Positions 1 to 10,913 of a stretch of DNA of 64,000 nt are shown piece by piece. Positions within the stretch are counted from its first letter, which is position 1; the number at the start of each line of letters is the position of its first letter. Below the pieces are notes generated by a model. The model was not told the origin of the DNA, made no database searches, and saw only the letters and a program-made list of their open reading frames with translations. Source of the DNA: Cetorhinus maximus (taxonomy: Eukaryota); contig NC_135896.1 in the NCBI RefSeq assembly GCF_964194155.1, positions 96,162,001 to 96,226,000 of the forward strand, written 5' to 3'. A program made the position numbers and the translations under genes.

Positions 1-330
1 ATGGCAAACTTAGGAAAGAGTATTTGTTTCTTCACACTAGTACTTGGAGTAAAATGAGGTTACTCGCTGGATTTGTTACTAGTTAGCATTTCAATTTTGT
101 AAACGAAGGTGAAAAATGAAAGTGACTTAGTCTTTGACAGTAATGTTTACGTTAATATACTGTAAGTATTGGTGCTTTTTTGTGATTGTCCCAAACTCAA
201 CTGGCTTCTGTGATTGAGCTGGATTCTGTTGTTCTTAAAAGCTCCACTTAACACCATTGATTGTGGATGATTGTAGGGATGAGCGACATTCTGTAGCATC
301 ATCACAGCATATGTCTGCTTTCTATTTCAG

Positions 331-477
331 GAGATGGAGCAATCCATGAACATGTTAAACCCGAACCACGAGTTGCCAGATGTTTCAGAGTTTATGACCC
401 GCCTTTTCTCTTCCAAGTCATCTAAATCCGGGAGTGGTAGCAAGGCTGGCAAAAGTGGTGCTCTGAAGAGGAGGTAG
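331..477 (+). CDS. EMC7: ER membrane protein complex subunit 7, last coding exon
   Basis: Manual translation after the acceptor tttctatttcag|GAG gives [48 protein letters not shown], which I recognise as the vertebrate EMC7 C-terminus. Synteny with CHRM5 and AVEN agrees. Too short for the ORF track. Confidence 0.95.
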   Translation, partial: EMEQSMNMLNPNHELPDVSEFMTRLFSSKSSKSGSGSKAGKSGALKRR

Positions 478-551
478 TCCTTCCATCGTTGTGTTGTTCA
501 AGGTTAATATACACACAAAACACCTGTTTTTAAAAAAAAAATCACTAGTAG

Positions 552-942
552 AATAAATACTGAGAGCATCTTGCAAAGAAAAATCAAATTTTGGAAGAAT
601 ATATTTGACTTCTTGACGACAAAGGACTTGCTTGGTATTTCTGTATATATGGAAACATCAAAAATTCTCTGTGCTTGCAGTGACTGGTATATTCTGAAGA
701 ATTTCTTAATTTAATTAAGGTGTAACGCAGAATAATATCCCAGTTTATTTACTGCCAGTTTTGGTAAATATTTTTAATACATTCAAAGTCTGTTAGAGAG
801 ATTAAAGTAATATAAAAGTGAAATATTTCAAATCCCTGTTCAAATTTCTGAGGTACAAGGCAGTGATGTCTCAAATTGATGAAAGTATATTCAAGGTAAC
901 TTTTGTTTCTGAGTGGTGTTTATTTCAAACGCACAAAATAAA
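552..942 (+). promoter_or_regulatory. Candidate EMC7 polyadenylation signals (AATAAA at 552-557 and 937-942)
   Basis: Canonical hexamers in the AT-rich sequence downstream of the EMC7 stop; usage unknown. Confidence 0.4.
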
Positions 943-1024
943 CTAATACAAGTAAACTATGTCTCAATGACTCTTAATACAACCAAAGCAGCAACATTGA
1001 CATGAACTATGTGAATAATATTTA

Positions 1025-1462
1025 GGAGTCTATCACAGAATCTTTACAGTGCAGAAGGAGGCCATTCAGCCCATCAAGTCTGCACTGGCTCTCTCTGAAA
1101 GAGCATTTCACCTTGTCCCACTCCCCTGCCTTATCCCTGTAACCTTGTACATTATTTTTTGTCAGGTGGAAATCCAATTCCCTTTTGAATACCTTGATTG
1201 GTTCTGCCTCCACCATTCTTTCAAGAAATTAGTTCCAGACTCTAACCACCCTCGGTGAAAAAACTTTTCCACACATCACATTTACTCTTTTTGCCAATTA
1301 TTTTGAACCTGTGCCCCCGAGTTCTTGATGCTGTATTGAGTGTGAAGAGTTTCTCAATATTTACTCTGTCCATACCCCTCAGGATCTTGAATACTTCTAT
1401 CAAGTCTCCTCTCAGCCTTCATTTTTCCAAGGTAAAGAGTCCCAACCTCTCCAATCTATCCT
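1025..1462 (-). mobile_element. CR1-type LINE 3' fragment
   Basis: Reverse strand resembles the CR1 ORF2 C-terminus and 3' UTR of the copies at 9001-9440 and 17700-18125. Confidence 0.8.
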
Positions 1463-1684
1463 CAGATTTATTTATTATTGTTTGTTTCTTTATTGTCCTC
1501 CCGATCCTAAGATACAGTGTCACTTTAGTTCAATAAAATTGTAGTATCTCACAAAGGGAATTACAGTTCTGAGCCTATCTAGGTCACTTTTCCAACAGTA
1601 CTTGCGGTTCCCTATCACAGCACTTTATAACCTTTTGAACCAATTTTTGCTCTCACCTCTTAGCTGATGACCGTTGTAGCTATT

Positions 1685-2235
1685 TCTTTATGCGTTCATG
1701 GGATGTGGATATCACTGGCTAGTGCAGCGTTTATTGCCCAGCCCTAGTTGCCCTTGAGAAGGTGGTGGTGAGCTTCCTTCTTGAACTGCTGCAGTCCATG
1801 TGGTGTAGGTACACCCACAGTGCTGTTAGGTAGGGAGTTCCAGGATTTTGACCCAGCCCAGCGACAGTGAAGGAACGGCGATATATTTCCAATTCAGGAC
1901 GGTGAGTGCATTGGAGGGGAGCTTCCAGGTGCTGGTGTTCCCATGTGTCTGCTGCCTTTGTCCCTCTAGATGGCAGTGGTCATGGGTTTGGAAGATGCTG
2001 TCTAAGGAGCCTTGGTGAGTTCCTGCAGTGAATTTTGTAAATGGTACACATTGCTGCCATTGTTGTTGGCAGTGGAGGGAGTGAATGGGGCGCCCATCAA
2101 GTGGGCAGCTTTGTCTTGGATGGTGTTGCAGCTCCAACAACACTCAAGAAGCTTGACACCATTCAGGGCAAAGCAGCCTGTTTGATTGGCACCCACCCCA
2201 TCCACCACCTTCAACGTTCACTCTCTCCATCATTA
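1685..2235 (-). mobile_element. CR1-like LINE (family B) 3' fragment with a small internal inversion (about 2127-2235 is + strand)
   Basis: Reverse complement of the 3' part of 57745-60045; the segment encoding AAPTTLKKLDTIQGKAACLIG is in the opposite orientation. Confidence 0.75.
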
Positions 2236-2244
2236 CTGCGCAGT

Positions 2245-2655
2245 TTTTTTAATACTCTCATAGGATGTGGGCATCACTGGCAAGGCCAGCATTTGTTGCC
2301 CATCCCTAATTGCCCATGAACTGAGTGGCTTGCTAGGCCATTTCAGGGGCAGTTAAGAGTCAACCACATTGCTGTGGGCTTGAAGTCACATGTAGGCCAG
2401 GCCATGTAAGGAAGGCAAATTTCCTTCCCTAAAGGGCATTAAAGTGAACTAGATGGGTTTTTATGACAATGATTATAGTTATGCTGGTTACCATTACTGA
2501 TAGACTAGCTTTCAATTCCAGTCTTATTATTAGCTGAATTTAAATTCCACCAGCTGCAGTGGTAGGGTTTGAACCCATATCCCCAGAGCATAAGCATTAG
2601 CCTGGGCCTGTGGATTATTAATCCAGTGACAGTACCAGTAAACCACCATCTCCCC
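2245..2655 (-). mobile_element. tRNA-derived SINE with LINE-shared tail
   Basis: B-box-like gggttcaaaccc on the minus strand; tail matches the family-B LINE 3' end; similar to 22155-22496. Confidence 0.65.
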
Positions 2656-3849
2656 ATAATGCTTTCTTCCGTCTCTTGGATGCATTCACGTATTATGGTG
2701 CCTCCTCACACACATTTCAAAAAAAACATAAACTATTAAGTTAAAGAAACTCTCAGCATCTTTCGGTAAGTGTTATCTTCTGAGCAATTATGAGTATATG
2801 AATGCCTAACTGCTAAAGGGTTGTTTCAAATCTGAACTTCGTATTTGAATGGGAGATATTCTCTATTTGCAAAAGCCAAGTAGCCTCCTTTGTCCCTTTC
2901 CGACATTTTAAATATTCAAGTTTGTTTTGTAAATTGTATAAGTGGTTAAAATCTCAGCTTAACTTAGTAAATAATTCCCCTCCTGGCGCTCTGTTTGCCA
3001 CCTCCTTACATGAAGGTAGACTTGGAATTGATGAGCACTGGAAACCATCAACTACCAGGAACTAATGATGATTCCACGTATAAGCAGCTTATTCCATGTA
3101 TAAGTGCCTGCTGGCCAGTTGTTGGGTTGGAAAATGGCACAACAGCTTGGTCCTTTCCTCATCTGGCATTTAGCAGTCACTGCTAACTATCCTGGGAGGG
3201 GCTTAATTTTATATGTGTGAAATGGTTGATTAAATTTCAACAAGGGCATTACATTAGAGGGCATGTTGCATATCCAGAAAAAAATATTTACCTTAGCCTT
3301 ATTGTTCAAGGAGGTGCAAAGTTGAGGTCAGTCGCCACTAAATCTGCTGTGGGGAGGGAATCAAGTGCATTTCTGCTATCACTGATCACGTGCCCATATC
3401 TCCTCGCAGACGTTTGGGATGAATTGTGCGTGGCATCGAGAAGATGGAAAGGAATGCACACCTTCCTGTTTGGCATCTAACAGTTAATGAATTGTTACCA
3501 ACGTTTTCCTTTTGCAACTTGAATTGTTCTATTGTTTCAACTTTGTTGCAGTGCCTTAGCTAAACTAAACCAAACCAGTCAGACCTGGGTGGTTGAAATT
3601 TCTACGAAGCTGCCGGTCATCACAAGGGACAAAATAAAAGATACCACTACTAGTAAATAAGATTTTGAAACTAGGAGCTGCACAGATTCTTCACGTATAA
3701 TTTCCTGTTGTATGGTTAAGTCAATATGGAGGAAATGTTTGTGCAGCCATTGTTTTTCTACTAGATTTCTTTAATGTGCCTCATAAATATTTTCCATCTA
3801 TTCAATGAGCCCTGTGTATTCTTCTAGTCTTCTCTTATATGGTATACTA

Positions 3850-4480
3850 TATAGTCTTCTCCTTAGGCAGTCCCTCAGGATCGAGGATGGCTTGCTTCCA
3901 CTCCGGTTCAATGGGTTCTGAGAGGGCTGATAAGTCCAATCTGCGACCTGCAGACTCTGCCACTTGTGGGGCAGGTGGTGCTTGTGAGGTTGGGTAGGTG
4001 AGTTGTTCGGAGGTTTGTGTGCTTTGTCTGACATTTTCACCTCTGCACATTCCCAACGAAGTCTCTCGATGTGTTTGGTGTCTCCTTAAATTACCTTTTC
4101 CATTTTGGTCGGTCACAGGCCAGGGTCTCCCTTGAGCCGGTGGGGATGTTTGACCTCTTCCAGGGATGCCTCGAGGACATGTCTAAAGTGTTTCCACTGT
4201 CCTGCAAGTCGTCTGCCGTGACTGAGTTCCAGTTGTTTCGGGAGCCTGGAGTCAGGCATACAAACAACGTGTCCTGCCCAACAGAGTTGGTTTTGAGTTA
4301 TTCGCACCTTAATGCTGGGCGAGTTCGTTTGGGAGAGGATGCGGCTGTTGGACCGCCTTTCTTGCCATTGGGTTTGGCGAATCTTGCAAAGACACCAATG
4401 GGGGTACTTCTCCAGCGCTTTGAGGTGCCCAAGTCTCCAAAGCATGTAAGAGTGTGGAAATCACTGATGCCTGGGAAGTC
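3850..4480 (-). mobile_element. RTE-clade LINE 3' fragment (degenerate)
   Basis: Minus ORF 4113-4445 contains QLCWAGHVVCMPDSRLPKQL, typical of the RTE ORF C-terminal region (LRWAGHVxRMxDxRLPKQL). Confidence 0.8.
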
Positions 4481-5968
4481 ATGACCTCAAAATGATATAT
4501 TACATTGAATGATAAGGTGGCTCCCAGAATTCTGTGCAGTACCTCTTACACCTGCAGGTGGCACTGTGGCAGATAATTTCAATGATGAGTTAGTAATGAT
4601 CTGGATTGCGCGGTAGAAATGACAGGGAGGCTAACAGCATTCAGTTATTGAAGTGTAAGTCTGATAGCCATTTCCAGTGACCGTACGTGCACAGTTAAGT
4701 GCAGAAATCTGGAATTTTCTGTCCAAGATGCCCTACTCTTCAAGAAGATGCACAATAAAGGTATCTCACCAAGAAACACAGCATTGAAATACATGAAATG
4801 GAATGAAGGTGCTGTCATTACCTGATGTATATGCACTAAACATGCCAGAAAAAAGTTAGGGCTTGTTCATTTCAGTGACCCTTTTAACTTTGTGTTACGT
4901 CTTAATTATTGCCAATAACTTGTCTAGCACTGACAATTAACTTTCACTGTGAAGCCTCATTCCTTCAAACTTTAAATATTGTAGAAGATATTTTTAAAAA
5001 TTAAAACTACTTTTTTATTTGGTTAATGTTCTCTTTCTGGTTCTCTTAATTCAATCTTTCTTTTCCACTCTTTATTTCACTACCCATACCTGGTTTGACA
5101 TTGAATTCAAAGGTTCAGACCAATATTTCCTGGTTCAGATACTGTGCTTCTCATTTACAATTCTTCAATCTGCTTGGTTAAGGAGACACATAGTTGTTTT
5201 CCCTGTTCATACAGGTGTAGGGGGCTCCGTGCTTTTTTGATACTTGGGTGGTGGAAACCTCCAGTGCGAGAACCCACAGAAAGTCTACAGGCGAGTGTAA
5301 CCTGTTCACTCACCAATCACCTCAGAATCTGGCCCAATGTTGCACAACAAGGCATTATCTCCAGCTCCAGGCTCTATCCAATAATTGTTTATTGTGAAAG
5401 GTGAACTATCTTTATTATAGCTATAAACCTACTAATACAATGTTGTACTGTAACACACCCTTATTGTACACTGACCGAGTTGAGGGAAGCACTCCTGGTA
5501 AGATATAAGCAACGTTGAACCCCAAACTCTTAAGTGCTTCCAGCATGGAATGGGCACTTTAGTCTTAGAGCGAGTTTCAACCTTTGGTCTACCCTTCAAA
5601 TTGCACCCTTGAAAATCCCACACAGGTTAGGGAGTCCCACACTCCCTCCCAGAAGCTGTTTAGTGGCTGTAAGTCCCACTTGCAAAACATTTTCCTCCCA
5701 GCTTTGCCCACTTATCTCCTCCCCACCACATGCACTGAACATCAGCATTCCATAAGTTAATTATCGCTCCATCTCCCCAGCAGCAAAATCTTCATGAATG
5801 GGTATACCACCCGCCTACTCCCAAATGCCAGAATCTGCCCAGGTCTCAAGGGCCCCGGCCTAACAAAAAAAAACCATCTGGACTTCAACAGCCCCATCCA
5901 CAGAACAGCAAGTCCCTCCTGCAGACACCGAAGTCCAAGGCACTCTACTCCTACTCAGTGGAAACTAA

Positions 5969-6926
5969 AGTCTTGCAGTATCCATCTGATGAAGGGATGG
6001 TTGCCAAATTTGCTGATGACACAAAGATAGGTAGGAAAGTAAGCTGTGAAGGGGACATAAGGAGGCTACAAAAAGATACAGGTAGGTTAATTGAGTGGGC
6101 AAAGATCTGGCAAATGGTGTATAATGTGGGAAAATGTCCATTTTGGCAGGAAGAATAAAAGAGAAGCTTATTATCTAAATGGTGAGAAATTGCAGAGCTC
6201 TGAGATACAGAGGGATCTGGGCATCTTAGTGCATGAATCTCAAAAGGCTAGTATGCAGGTACAGCCGGTAATTAGGAAAGCTACTGGAATGTTATCATTT
6301 ATTGCGAGGGGAATTGAATAGAAAAGTGGGGAGGTTATGCTTCAGTTGTACTGGACACTGGTGAGACCACATCTGGAGTACTGTGTACAGTATTGGTCAC
6401 CTTTTTAACAAAGGAATTAAGTGCATTGGAAGCAGTTCAGAGAATGTTTACCAGACTAATACTTAGAATGGGCGGATTGTCTTATGAAGGAAGGCTGGAC
6501 AGTTTAGGCTATTATCCGCTGGAGTCTAGAAGAGTAAGAGGCAACTTGATTGAAACATATAAGATCCTGAGAGGTCTTGACAGGGTGGATATGGAGAAGA
6601 TATTTCCTATTGTGGGAGAATTTAGAACTAGAGGTCACTGTTTAAAAATAAGGGGTCGCCCATTTAAAATGGAGATGACTTGAAATTTTCTCTCTCAGAG
6701 GGTCATGAGTCTTTGGAACTCTCTTACTGAAAAGGTGGTGGAAGCAGTCTTTGAATATTTTTAAGGCAGAGGTAGATAGATTCTTGGTAAGTAAGGGGGT
6801 GATAGGTTATCGGGGGTAGGCGGGATGTAGATTTGAGGTTAATATCAGATCAGCCATGGTCTTATTAAATGGCAGAGCAGGCTCGAGGGGCCGAATAGCC
6901 TACTTCTGCTCCTTGTTCGTATGTTC
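5969..6926 (+). mobile_element. CR1 LINE, 5'-truncated RT fragment with 3' UTR
   Basis: VAKFADDTKIG RT motif and downstream CR1 ORF2 C-terminal peptides with frameshifts and stops. Confidence 0.9.
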
Positions 6927-7617
6927 ATAGGATGGTGAGCCAATAAAATGGAACCACAAATTAACCCTATCCTGGGGAAATTTTCATGTGAAGTTGAACT
7001 GGAACCCACACCAACCGTTGCATTACTGAGTCAGTGCAGTTTTGCAAGAGAGAAGGCTAGCTCACCATCACTACTGCCTTCCAACTGTCAGCATAATCCA
7101 CACTGTGCCCATCTAGCTGCTAAACTAGTTTTTCTGCCTTTGCCCCCCAATTCCCCCCCTCCTCCCTCCGCCTTTCTTTTTCTCACATTCTCTGTCCACT
7201 TTTCCAAATGCCTTTCTCCCCCTTTCCCTACCTCCTCTCTCACCCACGTCCAATCATCCTCCAGCCTTTTAAACCCACTGGATCTGAATATTGTACTTGG
7301 TTTTGCCTCTCAATTTGCAACTCCAGACAGGATTGACACGTTACTAGCCGTTAGTATGTATTAAATATGCCAGCAACAGCCAATGGCAGAATATTGACAA
7401 TTTTTTAAAATGTCTTCAGCAAAATCTATGTTTTAATCACACTTGACTTTTTTCCAGGCAATTTAACTAGAATGTCAATCATTCATTGCATATTTGCATA
7501 TGTAGCTGGATTAAGGGACATTGATGGTGGTTTCAACTGTTTGAAAAGATGCAATTGGTACTTTACATATGAAACGAGTAGTTTATTATCCTAGCCTGTG
7601 ATTATTTAATGGATGCA

Positions 7618-7970
7618 GCTCTGAATTGGGTGCAGGAGCAGAGGGACCTGCGTGTATATGCGCACAAGTCATTGAAGGTAGCAGGACAAGTTGAGAACGT
7701 GGTTAATAAAGCACACAATGCCCTAGACTTTATTAATAGGGGCGTAGAGTACAAGAGCAAGGAGGTTATGTTGAACATGTACAAGTCACTAGTTCGGCCT
7801 CAGCTGGAGTATTGCGTCCAGTTCTGGGCACCACATTTTAGAAAAGATGTGAAGGCATTGGAGAGAGTGTGGAAAAATCTGGTTCCAAGGATGAGGAATT
7901 TCAGTTATGTAGCTAGGTTGCAGAGATTGGGACTGTTTTCCTTGGAGAAAAGAAGGCTGAGAGGAGATTT
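7618..7970 (+). mobile_element. CR1 LINE ORF2 fragment
   Basis: LVRPQLEYCVQFWAPH...LGLFSLEKRRLRGDL; cut off by the hammerhead-type element that follows. Confidence 0.9.
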
Positions 7971-8078
7971 GAAACAAAAACAAAAACTGCTGGAAAAACC
8001 CAGCAGGTCTGACAGCATCTGTGGAGAGAAAGACAGAGTTAACGTTTCGAGTCCATATGGCTCTTCTTCGGAGCTCTT
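7971..8078 (-). mobile_element. Short Penelope-derived element with hammerhead ribozyme motif (core variant CCGAAGA)
   Basis: Minus strand reads AGAGCT CCGAAGA AGAGCC ATATG GACTC GAAACGTT AACTCT, followed by the tail shared with the Penelope element at 24650-24750. Confidence 0.75.
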
Positions 8079-9000
8079 GTTTTGAAATATAGTACAAAGT
8101 GTATAGATAAGAAGTGCTACAAACCTGCTGCGTTGGAATTGGGTAATTGATAGCACCTTGGTCAATGAGAACGAATTGCACATTGGACTGAAACATCAGC
8201 ACCTGCCAAAGTACAGATAGATATCACGTGAACAGCAGGGACAAGTCGTGTTGTTCCACAAATTTTCCTCATCTTAACCTGAGATTTGTTTGTACTGTGC
8301 CAACTGCATTCACTTAATTCGGGAAGGTAAGACAGAAGCTGCAGTACATTTGTATGGGTTCCTGTTGGGATGATTATTTTGTTAGAGCTGAGATTGGAAG
8401 GTCAGTGTAAAAAGTCAGTCTTTAAAATAATCAGTGTTCCATTTGTCGCTCTAGTGGTTTAGACATAGAACATAATTACATGATCCATGAAATATTTGTA
8501 TCTGGGATGGTTAAATATATATGTAACTGCAATGGCTCAGTCAATTCAGTAGCAGTTGAAATCTCAGAATAAAATAGTGAATAATTATGTATTATTGTTT
8601 CTAGTCATTTCTACCTCTGACCTACTTTTGCCAAATGGGTTGGCTAGTTCCCGCTGTTAATTTCTCTACAATCAACACCAGAAAATGTTCGTTACCAGCT
8701 AATGGTTTTTACACGGTATCAGGGTGCAATAGCTATTCTTTGTCCTCCCAAGGTTGGTATGGTGCTCCATGAAGCATTGCACGTTGGAACTCAATCCAGA
8801 AACTCATCAGAACTCTAGTAGTCAAATTAGAGTGACAGGTAGTTCCTAGACTCCAGACTTGTAACCATCTGGTGGTGAAGCCAAAGCTGTTAGCACGAGG
8901 CTGTCTGATTGCTCTAACATCAAGTGAAAATCTAGCATGGAGAAAGAAACAGTATGAATGGGAATGCCTTTAATTCACTTATACGTAGTATGTTTGACAC

Positions 9001-9441
9001 CAGGGAGGAGAAACTTGAGTTATGAAGACAGGTTGGAAAGGTTGGGACTGTTCTCCTTGGAGAGGAGAAGGCTAAGGGGAGATTTGATAGAGGTGTTCGA
9101 AATCATGAGGGGGCTGGATAGAGTAGATAGGGAGAAACTGTTCCCGCTCGTCAAGGGATCGAGAACAAGAGGGCACAGATTTAAAGTGATTTGCGAAAGA
9201 AGCAAATGTGATGTGAAAAAAAACTTTTTCACACAGCGAGTGGTTCAAGTCTGGAATGCACTGCCTGGAAGTGTGGTGGAGGCAGGTTCAATCGACGCGT
9301 TCAAGAGGGCATTAGATGATTATTTGAATAGAAACAACATGCAAGCGTTACAGGGAAAAAGCAGGTGAATGACACTAAGTCATGATGCTCATTTGGAGAT
9401 GGGCTGAATTACCTCCTCCTGTACCGTAACAATTCTGTGAT
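9001..9441 (+). mobile_element. CR1 LINE 3' end
   Basis: LSYEDRLERLGLFSLERRRLRGDLIEVF...FFTQRVVQVWNALP; ends in ctgtgattgtgt tail repeats about 60 bp upstream of the fibrinogen-like gene ATG. Confidence 0.9.
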
Positions 9442-9503
9442 TGTGTGAACTTTTGAATTTTTTGCAGTTTAATTTTCCTGACGGGTTTGAACAAACAGTA
9501 ATA

Positions 9504-9645
9504 ATGAATTTACTCACCTTCATTCTACTTACGTTGCTTAAGTCGACCATTTTGATAAGCGCTGAACTATCTGTAGAATTGGAAAATGTGCACCTCCTAT
9601 CTTCAAAGGATCATGCTCAAATCATCAATATGAAACAAGGAAGTG
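9504..9645 (+). CDS. Fibrinogen-related-domain (FReD) secreted protein, exon 1 (signal peptide and short linker)
   Basis: ATG 9504, MNLLTFILLTLLKSTILISA hydrophobic leader; strong donor G|GTAAGT at 9646; phase 1 matches the exon 2 acceptor. Confidence 0.8.
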
Positions 9646-9972
9646 GTAAGTTTGAATTAATTTCCAGTTCAAAATATTGTGCATATCTTTATGAATCAAT
9701 AATGACAATTGGAACAGCAGCTATTCTGACTATTACACCTTCTTTGTCATTCTTACCATGGTAAAGTAAGCTGTGATGACAATATATAGTGAAATACCAG
9801 ATCAGACTTTTATTAGCATGTTATTTTATCACTGAAATAACCCTTTAAAAACTGGCCGACAAAAAAATAGAGTAGATATGAATTATTTATTTGAGCTTAT
9901 GTTGCAGAATAAACCCTGGTGATTTAGCACAGAAGTCATTACTTCCAATGAAAAAGTGAAACTCCTGACTAA

Positions 9973-10163
9973 AATAAAAGCAAAATACTGTGGATGCTGG
10001 AAATCTGAAACAAAAACAGGAAATGCAGGAAAAACTCAGCAGGTCTAACAGCATCAGCTCTGAAGAAGAGACATACGGATGCGAAACGTTAACTCTGCCT
10101 TTGTCTCCACAGATGCTGTTAGACCTGCTGAGTTCTTCCAGCATTTTCTGCTTTTGTTTCAAG
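9973..10163 (+). mobile_element. Short inverted-repeat Penelope-derived element with hammerhead motif (10056-10096)
   Basis: 11 bp TSD CTCCTGACTAA at 9962-9972 and 10164-10174; about 50 bp inverted arms (10006-10055 / 10112-10161); CTGAAGA...GAAACGTT AACT core with damaged stem II. Confidence 0.85.
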
Positions 10164-10218
10164 CTCCTGACTAAGATGGTTATAATGTTGTTTTAATTGA
10201 CGCCTCTGTGTTGTGTAG

Positions 10219-10913
10219 GTTTTCCAAGTGACTGTTACGAGATTTTTCAGCAGTCAGAAGGTACAGCGAAAGATGGTCTTTATATCATTCAACTAATGAA
10301 GGCTTTTATAGTTGTCTACTGTGACATGCAGAGTGCGGAGGGTGGCTGGACAGTGATCCAGCACATCACCGCAAACAGCTCCATTGATTTTGACAGAACA
10401 TGGCAGGACTACAAGCAAGGATTCGGTTTGGTTAACGGTGACCATTGGCTGGGCAATGAGTTCATGCACAGACTTACCAGCAAGCTGGGAGCATACAAGT
10501 TGGGAATAAAACTAATTGACGTGAATGGAGAAATAAAATGGGGAGAATATGACCCAGTCCTCATTGAAGGTGAAGAATCCAGATACAAAATCAGACTTGG
10601 TCTTTATCAAGGAACAGCAGTTGATGCTCTGACCCAAGAGACAGAAGCTTATATCCATGACAACCAGAAATTCACCACAAAAGATAGCGATAATGACAAC
10701 TATTTTCAGAACTGTGCTAAACTGGAGCTCAATGGGATCCCAGGTGGAGGATGGTGGTACAATGCCTGTGCTGCAGCCAATCTCAACAGAAGAAATGTTG
10801 TGTACTGGCAGAATGATTGTAATAAAGAAAACCTGTGCAAGTATGCATGGATGATGGTAAAACCTAATAACAAGCTAGTCAAATGTGACAAAAGCCCACA
10901 TACTGAACTATAA
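10219..10913 (+). CDS. Fibrinogen-related-domain protein, exon 2 (fibrinogen-like protein 1-like); spliced product 278 aa
   Basis: Acceptor ttgtgtag|GT at 10219; FReD motifs PSDC, VYCDM, GGWTVIQ, FDRTWQDYKQGFG, HWLGNE, FTTKDSDND, GGGWWYNAC; uninterrupted frame to TAA. Confidence 0.93.

Noticed and set aside
9441-9764. 107 aa ORF as a stand-alone gene
   Set aside because: Only 9504-9645 is coding (FReD exon 1); the rest is read-through into leader and intron.
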